Shown here piece by piece: positions 62,007 through 64,000 of a stretch of DNA of 64,000 nucleotides. The stretch is from Marsupella aquatica (lineage: Eukaryota; Plantae; Marchantiophyta). Under the pieces are notes generated by a model. It saw nothing but the letters and a program-made list of their open reading frames with translations. It was not told where the DNA came from and did not search any database. The stretch is from positions 11,927,832-11,991,831 of the forward strand of contig OZ316897.1 of assembly GCA_973895155.1 (NCBI GenBank), in the 5' to 3' direction. The stretch's first letter is position 1; the number at the start of each line of letters is the position of its first letter. The translations under genes and the position numbers were made by a program.

Positions 62007-63992
62007 CTAAGGTATTGCCAAGCCTGATGCGCCTCCATCTCCGCCTCCTCCAGGTCCTCCACCATGTGGGCCAAAATTAAGGCTGAAGGTACAACCATTC
62101 ATCGTGCAATTGGTCAAGGCTTTAATCTTATCAAACACAGTGTTGGTGACAGGGTTAATAACAGTCAGACTTGGCCGAGGAGCCATGCCCCTAAATCCAG
62201 GTTGAGAACTCAATCCATCCCAATCAAGAGACTCCAAGAAAAACTTAAAGTCATTAAACTGTGGCTCTGAAGAAAAATGTGGCTCTGAAGAAAAATGCAA
62301 AGGAACATTGGAGTCTAGCTCCTGTAGGGACGCGTCCACAGTCTGAGCCTGAACCTCAGCTCGAGTAACAACCTCTGCCTCTGTTCGCACCACCTCCTCA
62401 TTGGACTGAACTACTTGCACTGGGACGCTTAAGTCAGCAGACTCGATCCTAGACGGCAAGCTTGATTCAGCAGACTCGGACACTACACACGTACACCACA
62501 AAGATAACTCATTATTCCATACAAGATAACAAGTTAAAGAGTCATACAAAACTTTCCAAGAAACACATAACTCATTTAGTACCTTCAGATAGTGCTTCAT
62601 CTTTTGATCTCTTTACCTGTGGTTCATCCACAAAAGCAGCAAGAGCCTCCACTAGTTCTTCGCATGTACCACCATCAATGAGCACTCGCTTCCCCTTCGT
62701 TGTTTCCAAACTCATCGTTGAAGAGTAAGGAGTGCCGTCAGTGGCAGATCTCTCTGCAGCACGTACTTGAGCCTCTGAACTGCGATTGTATCTTTCATAA
62801 GCACCTTCACTCTTGTGGCCAGAAATTTTCATACCAACCTTGGTGGGACACCCTCGGCCCCCATTCGTGAGATACAAGTCGTCCGTCCAGTTTTATTAGA
62901 GACACCTTCAGTACCAAGGCCAGCCTCTTGGTGCAGAACTTTTAAACAAGAGCCGAGGGTTTTCTCACCAAGTCTCGACGTCGAGTACCATGCATGCGTC
63001 CTGGGGTGGTCGATGCATTGGTAAAACAGAAAGGTGGCACTCACTGGAAGATGGTGGATCAAGCTCCTCAATGTCTCGACCACATCCAAGTCATAGTTAA
63101 TCACAGCCGGCCTGAAGTGTTCTTCTTGATATCGATCCATACTTATTCTATAGTTCTTACTAAACCTCTCGTCGTACTTAACAAAGTTACCATGCACATC
63201 AGTTCCACAAATAAAGTCACACTTCATTAGATTATACAGCTCCTTACCACCACAAATGCAAAACCAGTTTAGTAAAAAGAAAATTGCCCTTCGCTGCAGG
63301 CCTCGCGAATGTGAAATTGAGGTGCTTGAATGAGCCAAAATAGTGGCTTCATCAGCGAATGTGATTACAGAAGCTTTCTTTCGAGGTAAGTTAGCCCCTG
63401 CATTCCTCGACCGCTCCATTGCCAGCACACATGCAATAGCTACCGGCTTGAAAAGTGGAGAAGACCGCATGTCAAAAACTACCTCTTCCTTACCTGATAC
63501 AACGATGCGCTTCTCTTGCTTCTTCCTCAATATATGGTGAAATGCACGGTAAAGGCCCATCAAGGTTTGGGATGGATAGACCTTACCATCCTTCTTGCAG
63601 ACCTGCTCAAAGAACTTGGTCAAAAGCAACACACAGTCGCGGCCAGACATATCCTCGAGCGGAATGGCAGTGTTCCATGACTTAAACTCACGGAACTTGT
63701 CAAGGCGGTTCTTTGCCCACTGATCAACGGCTGCGCTTGGGTTGCTCCCACCCTCGGCAAGGGTACATTGGAACTGCGCATCTTCAGGTAGAAACTCACA
63801 TGATGTGCCATTCGGGAGATTAACTGTTAGATGCTGCGGTACCAACGATTCAAGAAATATATCGGGGTCGCCATTCAGGTTCTGAATTTCAGACTCTAAA
63901 CAGGAAAACGAATCTGCACCGGATGTATTTTCGATCAAAGGCTCAGATGCAGTTTCGCTCGAGTCTGCAGCAGTCGTTGTCATTATTGACAT
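62007..63992 (-). mobile_element. Crypton-like tyrosine recombinase gene (DUF3504-type), frameshifted, with one intron
   Basis: N-terminal WAKN..F...LEDM...L.KFF.QV(C)KKDG.VYP..TL, then GLQRRAIF, FCI(C)GGKE..NL, ERFSKN, WYS..RLG..TL, SNKTGR and ISGHKS..AYERY. One-base deletion near 62845. GT-AG intron 62582-62483. C-terminal NCTMNGCTFSLNF. Confidence 0.8.
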
Positions 63993-64000
63993 CCCAAGGC

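Overview
Eukaryotic land-plant nuclear DNA with spliceosomal introns. A liverwort or other non-flowering plant is suggested, not proven, by alpha/beta-hydrolase-NB-ARC (HNL-type) immune gene remnants. Intact genes: an intronless V-ATPase subunit A (5896-7767 +), an intronless L-type lectin receptor kinase (15800-18196 +), an 8-exon KUP/HAK/KT K+ transporter (21241-26526 -), a 9-exon plastid PHT4/ANTR anion transporter (29671-33956 -) and an 8-exon cyclin L1 (52360-55564 +) whose first intron is U12-type. Damaged or mobile sequences: a hydrolase-NB-ARC gene running off the left edge, a second hydrolase relic beside the LecRK, Copia and CRE-like reverse-transcriptase relics, a tRNA-like SINE head and several dispersed, inverted and tandem repeat families. 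At the right edge lies a spliced, frameshifted Crypton/DUF3504-type tyrosine recombinase gene. Most notable: the Crypton-like recombinase in a plant, a natural Phe-to-Ser change in the KUP GEGGTFALY motif, an HNL whose catalytic Ser, catalytic His and P-loop are all altered, the intron-free VHA-A and the U12 intron. Splice models and family calls were made by eye; no database searches were run.
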